Shown here: piece after piece, positions 24,214 through 36,362 of the stretch
How the letters are laid out: each line of letters opens with the position of its first letter
Numbering within the stretch: the stretch's first letter is position 1
Origin: Raillietiella orientalis
Lineage: Eukaryota
Direction of reading: 5' to 3'
Length of the DNA: 64,000 nt
NCBI GenBank assembly: GCA_036172245.1
Contig: JAYWIR010000027.1
Location: 2,790,001 to 2,854,000 of the forward strand
Notes under the pieces: model-generated
The model's database searches: none
Told to the model about the DNA's origin: nothing
The model's input: only the letters and a program-made list of their open reading frames with translations
Program-made: the position numbers and the translations under genes

Positions 24214-27200
24214 TCACATGAAATCATCGGAATCATAACCATCCTGGTTGGAGATCATCTTTTCTGGATCCATGAGGCTGGAATAGCTTCTACATTTTAT
24301 TGAGAACCTGTTATCAATAAATGTAGCAGAACCTCATTTCAGCCTCTTCTTTTTTCCTCTTGTCTTCCTTCCTCTGCTGCTTTTTCTGTTCTTTGAGCAG
24401 TTGCTTAGCCAACAGCCTCTCCTCACAGTCTCTGTGCATGCGCTCTCCTGCCAGATCTACTGACCGCTCCTGACGTGTTCGATTAAGCCTGTTGATTATT
24501 TCATTGCGTCTTCCCACTCCACGTATGACTTTCACCTGATAAGAAAGTAGAAGTCTTCTTAGATAAGAAATATAACCTCTTTTTGATTATGGAAACCAAC
24601 TTGACCAACATCCATGTCTCCAGTTTTCTTCAAGTTGGTCCACTTAGTGTATACAACATCCACAGCATCCATTTTATGTCCAGAAATACTATTAGCCTTC
24701 ACCAATTGTGCTGCATCTTCCAACACAGCAACTGGGATTTCTTCCAAATTTTGATTCTGAAATAGTGGCAACTCTATCCATTTTTCAGCATTCTAAATGA
24801 GTTGGAATAATTGTTAAAAGCCAAATAAAGAGTTTAGTCACAATGACAGGTCAAAGCACATTACATTGAAAGAAAAACCACAGATGCTTCATTTTAACTA
24901 CCATCTGTATACAGATGCCTTAAACTGAACATCCTATCTACCAAAATCTCTGTGAAAATACTCAATATGTCACAGCAAATTATACACATACACTGTTGTG
25001 GAATTTACAAGTTAGCCAATTGGCATTCATTTTGTCACACTCACCTATTATTCCTTACCAGTGTTCCCAAGCATGTGATAGTAATTTATAAGCAATAATT
25101 AGCTGAGGAGAATCTTTTCAAAAAATACCCACGTACTAAAAATCGCATATACTTGAGCATTGAAAATATGTAACAACAACAACAAAAAAAAAACTCCAAA
25201 ATCCATGCTGATTCCCATGGCATCTGAGAATATGGTTGTAGTTGCATGATTACACTCATGTTGTGTCTTCAACTTATACAAGTACATCCCTGTGCAAACT
25301 TTTCCTGTTTTCTTATTCTTCAACTAAATTGATTGCAATTCCAGAAGAGGCACTTGAGCTCCCTTCCTTTCCATCACAAACATACAATACTAGACTGCAG
25401 GACTCCTCTGAAGGAAGCAGCCCAAATCCAACAACTGGCAGTGAATACCCTACTGTATTTACCTGCAATCTTAAAAAATCTAAGCATACATAGTTGGGAT
25501 AACAGATTCTAATCTAACTGTGTTGCCCTAATAATGATCAATCCTTTTTGGTTATTTTCAAGGAAAGTAATTTATGGAAACCAAAGAAATGATGATTTCA
25601 ATATCTGGTCTCCTATTTGTCAAGAAGAATGGCTTACCAATCAACAAGGGAGTTGATTCAACATCTAATATTAAACCATATAGATTTTTTCAACTTGATA
25701 ACCTAGTAAAATTTTGTAATCAAATATATGATCACAATTAAAAGAAGCAAATGAAATCAAATGTTTTGAACCAAGTTTATGGCAAGCAAAAATGAAAATA
25801 CAATCAAAAGCCACCCAAGTTCACAAAGAAACAAACTCACAGCTGTCACTTCAGAAAACAGTCACAGACTCCATTCACTTATGCTCAATCACTTGACCCA
25901 ACTTCCTTTATAAATAAAATCTATCAACTTTTTACTGGAAAAATAAACTGGGAATACATAACTTACACCCTCCCAGGTAGAAAAAAAGAAATTCTGATCA
26001 TGCTTTGCAAACTACACATGAGTTCAGAATTTTTTAAAAATACTTTGAAAATTCATTATTAAGGTGCTTTTCAATGATCAGCTGCAAATAATTCTTTCTA
26101 TTAATTGCCCTCACAAGCACACAAATGCAAATTACGTAGCCATCTAAAATACTGCAGAATGCAACTGTAACTTACTAAGTAGGTTCTCATAGAAGATTAA
26201 AACAAAAAAAACTGTTATTGCAGCACATAAGTTTATTTACATACAAGAGTCATGGAACACCTACCTTTGGTAATCTGATATACACATGTGCTGAGGAAAC
26301 CTTGTCAACATGAAACCACACATCCTCAGGCCAGCCCCATCTAAGCAGCTCTTCATCTACACAAAATGATAAAATGAACTAAATGCATGCACACGTGATC
26401 AAGATACAAGATTTTCTCCACAAAAAATACAGGACTCAAGCAATCCACAAATATGTTTGTGATATGCTTTTTAGCCATGACCCTCCATTAAATCTGAAAG
26501 GCATAATAAAGGAAACGTGACCAACATTATAATAAAAGCAATTCATTCAAAAACAGAATGGGAAAACCCTGTTTTTTTACAATATGAAAGAAATCCGCAT
26601 AGATAATCAAAAATACATATAGGTAAATAATCTAATTATTTTTAAAAATGTAACTAAACTGAAATGACAATACGTGTCTTGAAATTTGGTGGAAAAAGAA
26701 AAAAAAAAGTGCTATCAGTGGTTTGTTTATAACAATCTGCAACATACCATGATTTAATTTTTATTGTTACATCGAGTTAAGCATAATTTACATAAACATC
26801 TTGCTACTCTAAACACACATGCACATTTGGATCTTACTGATTTATCAGGTCAAAATACAGAATTTTAAATCAGTTATAATTTCGATTAATGCACAACAGT
26901 GTAGTCTACATAACGTACAATTCGTCACATAATTACGTTATACCAGCCTCTTGTTGGCAACTACAATTGTCCTGTATTGTGAACTACATCAGGATGATGC
27001 ATTATTAGAGGGAGAGTTTTGAGAACCTCAATTTGCTTGATTTTCAGAATAAAAATGGAATCCCTTTCATCAGATGCTCTTAAGGGAAAATTCAGATATT
27101 TTAAATTGCTTTAAATTTAACGAAAAGGATAAAATTAAATTCATCTGAATAATTTGAACATAATCACTGGAACAGTAAAACCATATGATGTTTACCACTT

Positions 27201-27351
27201 GAAACATCTGGTATTCGAAGATTGGCATAAACTTACTTTCATGTTTATCTGCTCCAACGAAAAGAGTCACGGGAGGATCAACAACTGAAATTTGGTTTTT
27301 GATATGCCAGTAAGTTAGGGTCTTACCATTGCTAGTAAAGAAATACACCAT
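24214..27351 (-). CDS. CCDC25: Coiled-coil domain-containing protein 25 (NFACT-R domain). Exons 27351-27327, 27284-27237, 26356-26265, 24756-24577, 24535-24333, 24289-24214
   Basis: Spliced: [55 protein letters not shown]...[11 protein letters not shown]...[23 protein letters not shown]...[25 protein letters not shown]. All junctions GT-AG and in phase; AATAAA on minus strand at ~24193-24198. Confidence 0.96.
25325..25560. repeat. Dispersed repeat copy 1 (in CCDC25 intron)
   Basis: Visibly aligns with 28465-28690: gcaggactc.tctga.ggaagcagcc, caactggcagtgaat, ctgtattt, gataacagattc, gccct.ataatgatc. Confidence 0.8.
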
Positions 27352-28464
27352 TGGAAACTTCTAGAGAATGTATATTATTTAGAACTGGAATGAATTTTAA
27401 TTGCGATGCCTGTTGAGGATATTTGCTTTCCAGATGTTGACCTCACATGTGTTAAGGTAATGGAAAAAATACCTCACAGTCTCATTAAATGATTTCAGCA
27501 GCCTCTACGCACAAAACTGACAGCTTCCTCGTGCATTTTCTAAAGGTAAAGATTTTGCACACCGCTGGAAGAGAAGTTTTAAAATGAAATTCCTTTTAAC
27601 AATGAAATGATTACTTTAATACACTGGCAATTGTTGAATCACTAATGTACACATTCCCACATGCCACATGGAGATCTTACTAAGCGAATATTATCCCATT
27701 TTGTCACTGGGAAAGTTTCGACACACCAAAATCACAAAATGGCATTACGTGATTGAGAGAAAAATGGTTAATCGAATTTATACACTGTGAAAAATCTCCC
27801 TCTTCCGTGTCTTTTTTCCGTACCTCTTTTCGGCAACAAATAATAGATCACCTAATATCTAAAAAGACATAAAGAAGAGGATAGGTAGACAGTGCCCCGG
27901 AGAATCTTCAGATACATTTATAATCACATTTGTATCCCTGGCAACAGGCAGTTGATCCACATGAGAATCTATCAGCAAAGAGCAAATTATCTGAAGACTT
28001 CCAGAGGCTATAAAGGAATTCAGATGCTTCCCGAGCAGATAAATGCTAAGATTTTTCCGCATTTGTAGATACGGCTGTTCGTTCAGTTCACCTGTAGTAT
28101 GGACTCATCGAAAACCTTTTTTTTTTTCTTTTCCCCCCATTCTATTCTTTACGTCCGTTTCCACGTGGCGAAAATGATGCAGACTTTGTAAACTGGATAG
28201 GAGATTTATATTATCAATACGAGGGAAGCCTGGCCGTTTTTGCAAATAGAAGGGAGACGTGCTTACTCGAATGGCAATTCCTTTTCCTGAGAGGTTCCTG
28301 AAAGGAAAACGTTCCCTTTCGATGTAACACTAGCATTCGCTCTGTTTTTGCATCCCCTGTTGATAAATTCAATTTTACATTTTCCTTATACTCATCATAT
28401 GTTCAGTCGAATTCATTTGTGAATGCACATCTCAGTTTCGTGTCTCCATTTGCTGAAGAAACGA

Positions 28465-28690
28465 AAATGAATTGCAGCGTAGATTCCTGCCTGCAGTCCA
28501 GAAGAGGTTCCAATTCTGGACCGCAGGACTCTTCTGATGGAAGCAGCCTGAATGCAGCAACTGGCAGTGAATGCCCAACTGTATTTGCCACGAAATCTTG
28601 GCGGAATCAAAGCATCCAGAGTTGAGATAACAGATTCGAGTCCAACTGTGATGCCCTGATAATGATCTGTCCCTTTGGGTTTTTCCTTGG
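28465..28690. repeat. Dispersed repeat copy 2 (upstream of CCDC25)
   Basis: Same orientation as, and similar to, 25325-25560. Confidence 0.8.
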
Positions 28691-31639
28691 TCGTGCTTTA
28701 GAAACTGAATTTACCTCGAATTCTCCTCTCTGGGTTTCACCTTTATGCCCTTTATAGCAAACTAACCCACAGGGATAAATCAAATTACAATCCTTCTGGC
28801 CTAATGATAATGATCTTTCAATGGCACACATAAAAGGAGGACAGAACAGTGAGGCCTCTATTTATTTCCGTAACTGCGATTGCGAGCATACATTGAATTT
28901 CAGAGTTCATCTCATACATCTTCCTTAGTGTGCTTCCTATCATCTTCCAAAACCACTACAAGACATCAGGTATATCATACTGCTTAGAGTCCTTTAGCTA
29001 CGTTTTGAAAACTGAGATGCAGGAATTCCAATTCTCAGAACTTCATAAAGCAATCCATTTCCACCAGAAAGTTTTATCAATCGAATTGGATTTTCTTTTG
29101 AGGTTGCCAAACGTACTCACATCGGAAAATCCCATATATCCGACCGATTCGTTGTCTCCTGTTAAATGCTTTACTTAACTTCATGGAAAACTGGAAAAAA
29201 ATAGGAAAAAGATTTCATTCAATACTTATTAAATCTGGTCCCCATTCTAACGCATAATTCTGTCGCCTTTCACTAAAAAATTCCAACGATGGGACATCTG
29301 AATACTTACCAACGTTTTGAACACATGCTCATTTTTTTTTTTTTTCATTTTTACTAATAATACTGGCAAGGTCTTCAGAAAGCAAGAACGAATGATGTCT
29401 CTATTCTGCCGATTCACTAGTTAGTTTGAGAAATGAATGAGTACATTACTTCGCGATATGTATATTGTGATTTAAGATTATATTGTGATTCTCAATAGTT
29501 AGAAAATCACTAGATTCGCTGGCACAAGCCATGGTCTTCCTTTTGACTTATTTCTGAAATCTAGGCTGAGCTCTGATAATCATTGGATTGTGCAATGTTC
29601 CTAATATGTCGTTTCGTCAGGGGGGTTTTTAAATTCAAGAACAATAAATTCATATAATCATGAGTTCATCGATTTGGGGAATCCTTTCGAATATTCTGCT
29701 CGTTAGATTGGTGAAAAAAAGCAAAGCATGCCACACTTTAGAAATATAAGAAACAGTAGAAGTACACCCTTTCTCATTTTCATTTCGGGTTTTTCTCTAC
29801 TAAGCAATAAAAGGAAGAAACATGATAAGAAAGCAATCGACCATTGGGAGATCAAGAATGCAACCAAACCAAGACCTCGTATGTTACCAGTACACTTTCA
29901 AAAGAGAAACAAGATTTCATTTATAATAAGAAATTGAATGCATGTTCCCTAGAGGAATCTTTTGTGTATTGTAGTACTGACAGGCATACTTTTCTACAAT
30001 TTTACAGCTTCCAAAAGTCAAAACGAGCATTAGTCTTGCAGAATCTTTGGAAAGCTGTTTGACAACATAGGTGAAGACTTTGTGCCTATCATTCAACGGC
30101 ATTCAAAATTGAAGTTCATCCTACACCACACTGTGTTTCCAGTTGCCAGTTGTATTGCTGAAAATTACTTGAACTCTTGCTAAATATCTATCAAAGCATG
30201 AACGAATCTGTAAAACCTAACAACGTCGATGCTTGAATACCTGAACTGTTGCATCATGTCTGTTTAGAAAGGATAATCTAATATGACACAAAACAAAGAA
30301 AAAGAGAAGAAGGTTTTTTTTTTTGAAAGATATTTAGACGTCTAACTTGCAGTTGGAATGGTTCCATCGAGTGGTTACGTGATTATTGGAATCGTTATTC
30401 GAAAAGGGGGTTAGAGGATGTCTCGAACCGGCAGAGTAGGAAAAAAAATGCTTCAAAGTCATGGAGTGCCGCGAAAAAAAATTAAATAAAATGCAATACA
30501 AGCATCTCTGACAGTCGTTAAGTCATGTCTCCATAACTAAGCAGCAACAGGCATGGCAGACTGCACAGCCGTTACATCCAAAAGACACAACTTTTGGTCA
30601 CGCATCTTGCGGTGTACAGGAGGTTAAAAAGAAATGGATAGAAACTGATTCAGTTGTTATAAATAAGCAACTACTTTTGTCTTGGTTTCAAGGCTTGCAT
30701 CTGCAACACTAAGGAATTCAACAAGTAGTGCATTGTATCTGAAACATTGCTGAAACATACAGTGATTCAAGATGGTTGCGGCTCTCATCACACTGTGCTC
30801 TGTAGAACCAAAATTGCGAGTGCTCAGTCGTCTTCTTTCAATCTCCAAGAGTTACTTCCGTGAGAGAGGCGGCAAACAGCGCAGATCCATTTATCTCTTC
30901 AGAATGTACCTGGTTTCCTTCACTTCCGCAGGTGGGTTAACAAAACGCTCTTCCTCTTTCTCACTTCCTTCAGCATCGTTTTCCGGAAAAGCAGAAATCG
31001 TCAAAGCAAGCGAAGCTCCAAGTTACGTTGAGGATCTGTTTGGACTGCCACTAAGATTGGGGTCTGGACAAACTGCCTACATGAGTGTCAATCAACTCTT
31101 TCAGCTTATGATTCACATCTCTTCCGACAGAAGAGGTTCCGGAAGGTTCGCTTTCCTCGCCATCACCCAAAGTCTGTTAAAGAGAATGGTTCACTATGCA
31201 GTGATATAAAAGGAGAAATGAAGCCATGGAGCTAGGTTTCAAGATGAGCCGTCACAACACAATCAGCTGAAGACTAGGATGTTTATGTGTGGGACCAGTT
31301 TAGAAAGCCTGCACGGTAGATGTTCAAGCTGCTCAGTGCTATGGCAATGCGATATGGATTCGGTCATCTGTTTCTTGTCAACTGCATTACCAAGAAAATT
31401 CATCAGCCACTGGATTCTGAGATGAAATTTATGAGTATTCCCTCAAAGCCAATCATCTGATGAAGTTTGCTGGCGCAACAGAATTTAAAGCAATTGCGTA
31501 ATTTTCACGGATTCCCACGATGTCACACTGGGCTGCTCGTACCGGTTCTTGTGCACCACTTTGCTTTCCCAAGGGAAACTTGAAATTACTTGTCGGATAG
31601 CTCTGGATCTCAATTTTTCAATCTTCTCCCGTAACGTGA

Positions 31640-32360
31640 ATCGGGGTGCAAGATCTCGTGCAAAAGGCTGAGCAGACCTTTGCGCCGCTTGCCTGGCCGA
31701 GACCTCTGACACCTCGCAACCGACCGGCTCCGTCCGATTTCATCCCAGCCCGACAAAGACCGGAAAGGAAGCCAGGAAAAAGTCGGCTGAAAATCAGCAA
31801 GCTACCGTGTCCAGAGAATCCTCCGTGGGTGTCTTTTTGCTGGATGAGAATCCGCGCGGCAGTGGTGGGGGTGGTGGCAGTCCACGCGTGTGGCAGCCGC
31901 GGCGAACGCGCGTTGCCCTGCTCTGCGCGCGGGAGCTTCTGCCGGGCGCCACACCGCCGGTGGCGACAGCAGCGGCGTCCAGTGGGACAACGCGTGGAGC
32001 GTAGCGGGGTTGCGCGCGCGTCGCGGGCCGTGAGGCTGCTAGTAAGCAACCGGGTGCTCAGGTGACCGCAGTGGTGTGCCCTCGAGTTTCCTCCCTTCTC
32101 TGTCGCCCTTTGAACGAGGAAATTCGTTCCCCTCCCCCCCCCTCCCCCTTTCCCTTCCTTACCTTTGTTTTTGTTTTCCCTTGTGCATGCATGTTTGTGG
32201 ACACGCGCCCTGCCGCGGCTTCGCTTGGCCGTGCGTCTCGCGTGCCACTCGCGTTTCCCGAGATCTGCCGAGTGGTCGGTCGTTTCTACGGCGACGAGCG
32301 TCCGTCGGCAAAGTTTCGTGGGGGGGCAAGAGGGGTGGTCCAGTGGTCTTCTGGTAGAAA
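31640..32360. promoter_or_regulatory. Local GC/CpG-rich island, candidate MPND promoter or 5' UTR exon
   Basis: Abrupt CpG-rich segment inside AT-rich DNA ~600 nt upstream of the MPND ATG, with donor-like GTAAGC (~32042) and CAG|GTGACC (~32061). Confidence 0.4.
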
Positions 32361-32958
32361 GTGAAGCAAGAGGCGTGCACAGGGCAGTTGTGGGTGTTGA
32401 AGCTTCCGTTTTTGCAAACCGAATGGAAGTTCAACCGAGCAGCCAGTCATTTCGGGGCTGCGGGTGTTTCTTTTGGGTTCGCCGCGTAATTTTAGTGTTT
32501 TGAAAGTCGTGGTGGAATTTTGGTCTGTTCCTGCACACCAACGTTCGTTGAAAGTTGGTAAGCAATTCTTGAAATGCATGTCAAGTGACTTTTTGAATGA
32601 GGTCGGGTACTCGTGTAAGCAAATGGAAGTACCGTGTGGTTCAGTGAGTGTGTTGACATGCATGCATGTCTGTGCAGAGTGCTGACCATTTTCTGTTTAA
32701 GGCCACACTTTGGCAAGTTCGTTAAAGTTGATGATAGATTTGAAATGTAAATGACGTTTTCAATATTGAGGTGATCCACATCAGATTGACATGATATGCA
32801 TCAGTCTAGCAAGCTTGAACGAGGAAAATGTTTGATTGGTAGCAGCCAGTCTCTCTTGGGGCAATAGATATGTGGCTTTGAAGAAAGCACGATGAATGAA
32901 TAAGTTTGTGCGTACCCATAGAGGCGTGATTTAGTCTTTGGAAAACTCACAATTTGGC

Positions 32959-34862
32959 ATGAATCCCGAGTTGGAAGATCCAACAAGTATTTTAGAAAAT
33001 ACGTATGGAAACGTATCCCCTTTGCAAAGTGCCAATAGCAACATATTATCCGACAATTATGTGCAAGTGCTATCTACAAATTCTTTTTCTATGCAGTCAC
33101 ATACAGATGATTTTCATAAATCTGTAAATCTCTCCGGAAAAAAAATGGCGAAAAAATTCGAAGATGTTAGTGTGATAAAATCTGCTAATCATAATGGGGA
33201 CAAAATGGCAAACAAAAAGGAAACAGAAATCGAGGATGACAAGAGAGATGGTGAAGAGGAAGATGATGACGACCCCTGTTTTAAAGGTACTGGTGGTGTC
33301 ACGGGACGAGGAGTGACTCTGCAAATGTTGCTCAAAGAACACGTTCTTGAACCCGGAGAAGGAATGTTGACTATCGAATATTTGGTAAAATATCCATTGG
33401 AGTACTGTACGCTTGCATGTATGTGTGGTTCGTTTTAGGGCCAGAAATTTACAGGCGACTTACTGCATTCAGGGAAAATACGATCACAGGAAACTGGACA
33501 TGAATTTAGTTCCCCCAGTGCCTGGGCAATTTCTTGCAAGAAAATCATCAACCCTGAAAAGAAATCAGGATGTGGTTGGGGTTCTGTAAGTACAGATCAA
33601 TTATATTCGAACTGATTTTTTTGGATCAGATCAAGTACAAAGGTAAGAAGTTGGATGCCTATAAAATTCTGTGGTTAAAAAAGAAGCGTGAGAAACTTCT
33701 GAAACAGCCCACACAGACTCCAACTGGTAAGAAAAAAGATGGAGAAGCAAGTGTATGTTTTGTTCAGTTAGTATAGATGAAATTCAGTTAAAAAATCCTG
33801 TCAATTGGTCAGTAGTGCATTATGAAACACTTGGAACCCATACAGCAGAAGTGTAAGAGACAAACCTCTTGGCATTTTTACAAGGTTTTCTTGTAGAGAT
33901 GTACGGATTCTTGTGGAGCCTACTTCATTTTCTGCTGTGGGGAAACTACAACCATTCTCTGTGAGTGTCTTAGGCAGTGCTTTGCTCTTGATGGATTTAC
34001 ATGCTCACCTAACCAGCAGTGAATGTGTTGGTTATATTGCTGGACGTTGGGATGTAACACGCCATCGTCAGTTTTCCTTTTTCTGGTCCCATTTCGGTGA
34101 TACAGTTTCTTCTTTAGATGTAGCTGTGGAAATGGCTATTCCCTGCAAGTGCCAGCTAAATGACAAAGAGATGGCATCTCGAGTAGAGCACGAAGCTTAT
34201 CAGCAGCTGCAGAGTTCAGGCCTATCTTTATTGGGCTGGTATCATACACATCCAAACTTCCCACCTTTCCCTACTCTGAAAGACATTGATCTACAGCTCC
34301 AATATCAACTGCGTATGACAGGTTCCTCTGACACTGCGTATCTGCCTTGTGTGGGTATTATCTGCTGTATGTGAGTGCCCTGGAGACCACTCATGGTGCC
34401 TGCCAGCTCCTTATGTTGGTAGTTTGCAGTCCTCTTTGTTGATGTACTGGGTAACGCCACCTGCCGAGAACCGACCAACAGATTATGGGCGACCAATGCT
34501 AATGGAGTTTTGTTCTTTGCCAGAGCCCTTTCTCCCCACGTCCCTTGAGGAAGAGATGGTATGCTTTGTATCTTTTAATGAATCAATATTCCAGCACTTT
34601 TTTTGTTTTTAGAAGGAGCTGTGTGCTTTCTACCAAAAGCTGTCAGATGCTATCAGCATGCAAAAGACTTTCCAAAATAACGTTACTTATCTCCACAAAA
34701 TGAAGGTTAATGATGCTCGTTTGTGGAGTCTTTGATCGAATTTTTTTTTTTTTCTTTTTTTTTTTTTTTTTACCATTGTAGACTTCATTGAGTACATGGA
34801 TGGTTAGCACAGAAGCCAAACAGCAGCTGACAGCATTCGTGGATAGCCTGTTTCACAAGTAA
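32959..34862 (+). CDS. MPND: MPN domain-containing protein (RAMA domain plus JAMM/MPN+ domain), multi-exon
   Basis: GRGVTLQMLLKEHVLEPGEGMLTIEYL/GQKFTGDLL...FSSPSAWAISCKKIINPEKKSGCGWGS/IKYKGKKLDAYK (RAMA); LLMDLHAHLTSSECVGYIAGRWD and LLGWYHTHP..PP.PTLKD (JAMM); last exon TSLSTWMVSTEAKQQLTAFVDSLFHK* ends at 34862. Some internal junctions are approximate. Confidence 0.93.
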
Positions 34863-35027
34863 ATAGCATTGTGCTCTACATGTTTATTGCATGTATCCTG
34901 TGTAACAATTTTCTGCAATGTGTATTCGAAACCTTGGTAGCAGGATAAGGGCAAAATAGGATGTACAGATCACCATTATTTTGCAAGACCAAAAGCATCA
35001 AAAGCGTGAGGCAAGTGAAAGCGCATC

Positions 35028-36362
35028 TCAGCTTAATCGTCGTAGAGCAAGTCGTTTTTGTGTTGGCCATCGTTGCATTATGTGTTCAATGGTGCGCTTG
35101 GCCAGAATGAGCTTCTCCCGTAACATGTCGATCTTCTGATCAAGTGCTCCATCAGAATCGTCAGTTTTATTAGGGAAACGGCGACTGGCTGCTTTCCTTG
35201 CGTTTCTCGTTGCAGGCAGCGTCCCCGGTCGTTTCCTGTCGATCCCCGTTTTCCCCTGCTGGATGTGGTTGTCGTGGCTGCTGTGTCGGTCGTTCTCTTT
35301 GCCGATTGCATATTCGGACAACGACCGCATGTAGTTTGTCGATGCTGGTTGGTTTTTTGACGGGGTTTCCGCGTTCTCCGAGCTGCCGGCCTCGGACGAG
35401 CTTGTGCTCTCGTCGCTTGCGTTTTTGGAATCCTTCCGGTTCGCGGTTTTGGACGCTGCTTTAAGGCCGTAGGCGTCTTCGTTGTTTTCCATGCGGGGTC
35501 TCATCCCGGGCCAGTAGTGTACGCACCGTTCGGCAAAAGTCTGCGGGCCCGGCGGCGCCTTCTCCTTTGTGAGATTCGCGTCTTTCATGTGCAGGTAATC
35601 CACGTGTGGCTTATAGTAGTATTCTTGAACGTCCATGTTGTAGTCGTATGTTTTCGTCAGGGGCTTCCGCCAGTGCGGTCCAGAGCAGCTTCGAGAAATG
35701 GAGAAGGGATTCTGCATGGTGCTGGCTGGCATGTAGCGCATGTAATCGTTTTTTTCTGTTTTGATTCGACTTGCGATTTCCAGATTCGAGGCGCTCTTGG
35801 TCGGAAGGTAAACAGCGTTGCTTTCGGAGCGTCTGGCAGGACGTGCCTTTTCAGCCATGAATTCCTTGGGATCTGGGCTTGGGCGATCACTCTTGGCGAC
35901 TTTCGGGTCTTCGTTGCCGAGGAGAGTATTCGAAGTATCGTTTCCGCTGCTGGTGTTATCTGTATTGGCCCCGTCCGTTTCGTGGGAGAGCTGATTTTGG
36001 CGGTCCTTTGCATCTTCGTGTATGTGTAGCCTGGGTTCCCTTCCAGGCCAGTAATTGACGCACCTCTCTTCAAAACTTTGTGCTCCAGGAGGCACTTCTC
36101 GTGTGACCTCCTTCATGTCCTTCCTGTACAAAAAGTCGACATGTGGCTTATAGTAGTATTCTTGAACGTCCATGTTGTAATCGTAAGTTTTCGTCAGAGG
36201 TCTTTTCCAGTGCTTGTACGACATGGAGCGATGGATGGTAAACGGATGAGGTTGGTCAAGAATGTCTGGGTAGTTCTTTCGAATTTTCATCGACATGGCT
36301 GTATCCTGAAAAGGGAAACCATCGGGAATTATTCGCGACGTCGTTCGCACATATTCATACAT
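35028..36362 (-). CDS. 444-aa protein with two flightin/miniparamyosin-like WYR motifs; putative muscle thick-filament protein
   Basis: Open ORF with two copies of HW(K/R)(R/K)PLTKTYDYNMDVQEYYYKPHVD(F/Y)L..K....(RE/KE).PPG.Q(S/T)F.ERCV.YWPG, resembling the flightin WYR pattern HW.RP....Y.Y...YY...ID.K....REIP..QTWAER. Start codon may lie on an upstream exon. Confidence 0.72.
   Translation of the reverse strand: MYEYVRTTSRIIPDGFPFQDTAMSMKIRKNYPDILDQPHPFTIHRSMSYKHWKRPLTKTYDYNMDVQEYYYKPHVDFLYRKDMKEVTREVPPGAQSFEERCVNYWPGREPRLHIHEDAKDRQNQLSHETDGANTDNTSSGNDTSNTLLGNEDPKVAKSDRPSPDPKEFMAEKARPARRSESNAVYLPTKSASNLEIASRIKTEKNDYMRYMPASTMQNPFSISRSCSGPHWRKPLTKTYDYNMDVQEYYYKPHVDYLHMKDANLTKEKAPPGPQTFAERCVHYWPGMRPRMENNEDAYGLKAASKTANRKDSKNASDESTSSSEAGSSENAETPSKNQPASTNYMRSLSEYAIGKENDRHSSHDNHIQQGKTGIDRKRPGTLPATRNARKAASRRFPNKTDDSDGALDQKIDMLREKLILAKRTIEHIMQRWPTQKRLALRRLS

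Noticed and set aside
26380..26402. TAAATGCA as candidate miR-277
   Set aside because: Downstream bases do not match miR-277, no hairpin is evident, and it lies outside the cluster.
30657..31712. Several 60-145 aa ORFs between CCDC25 and MPND
   Set aside because: No consistent spliced frame or known motif on either strand.
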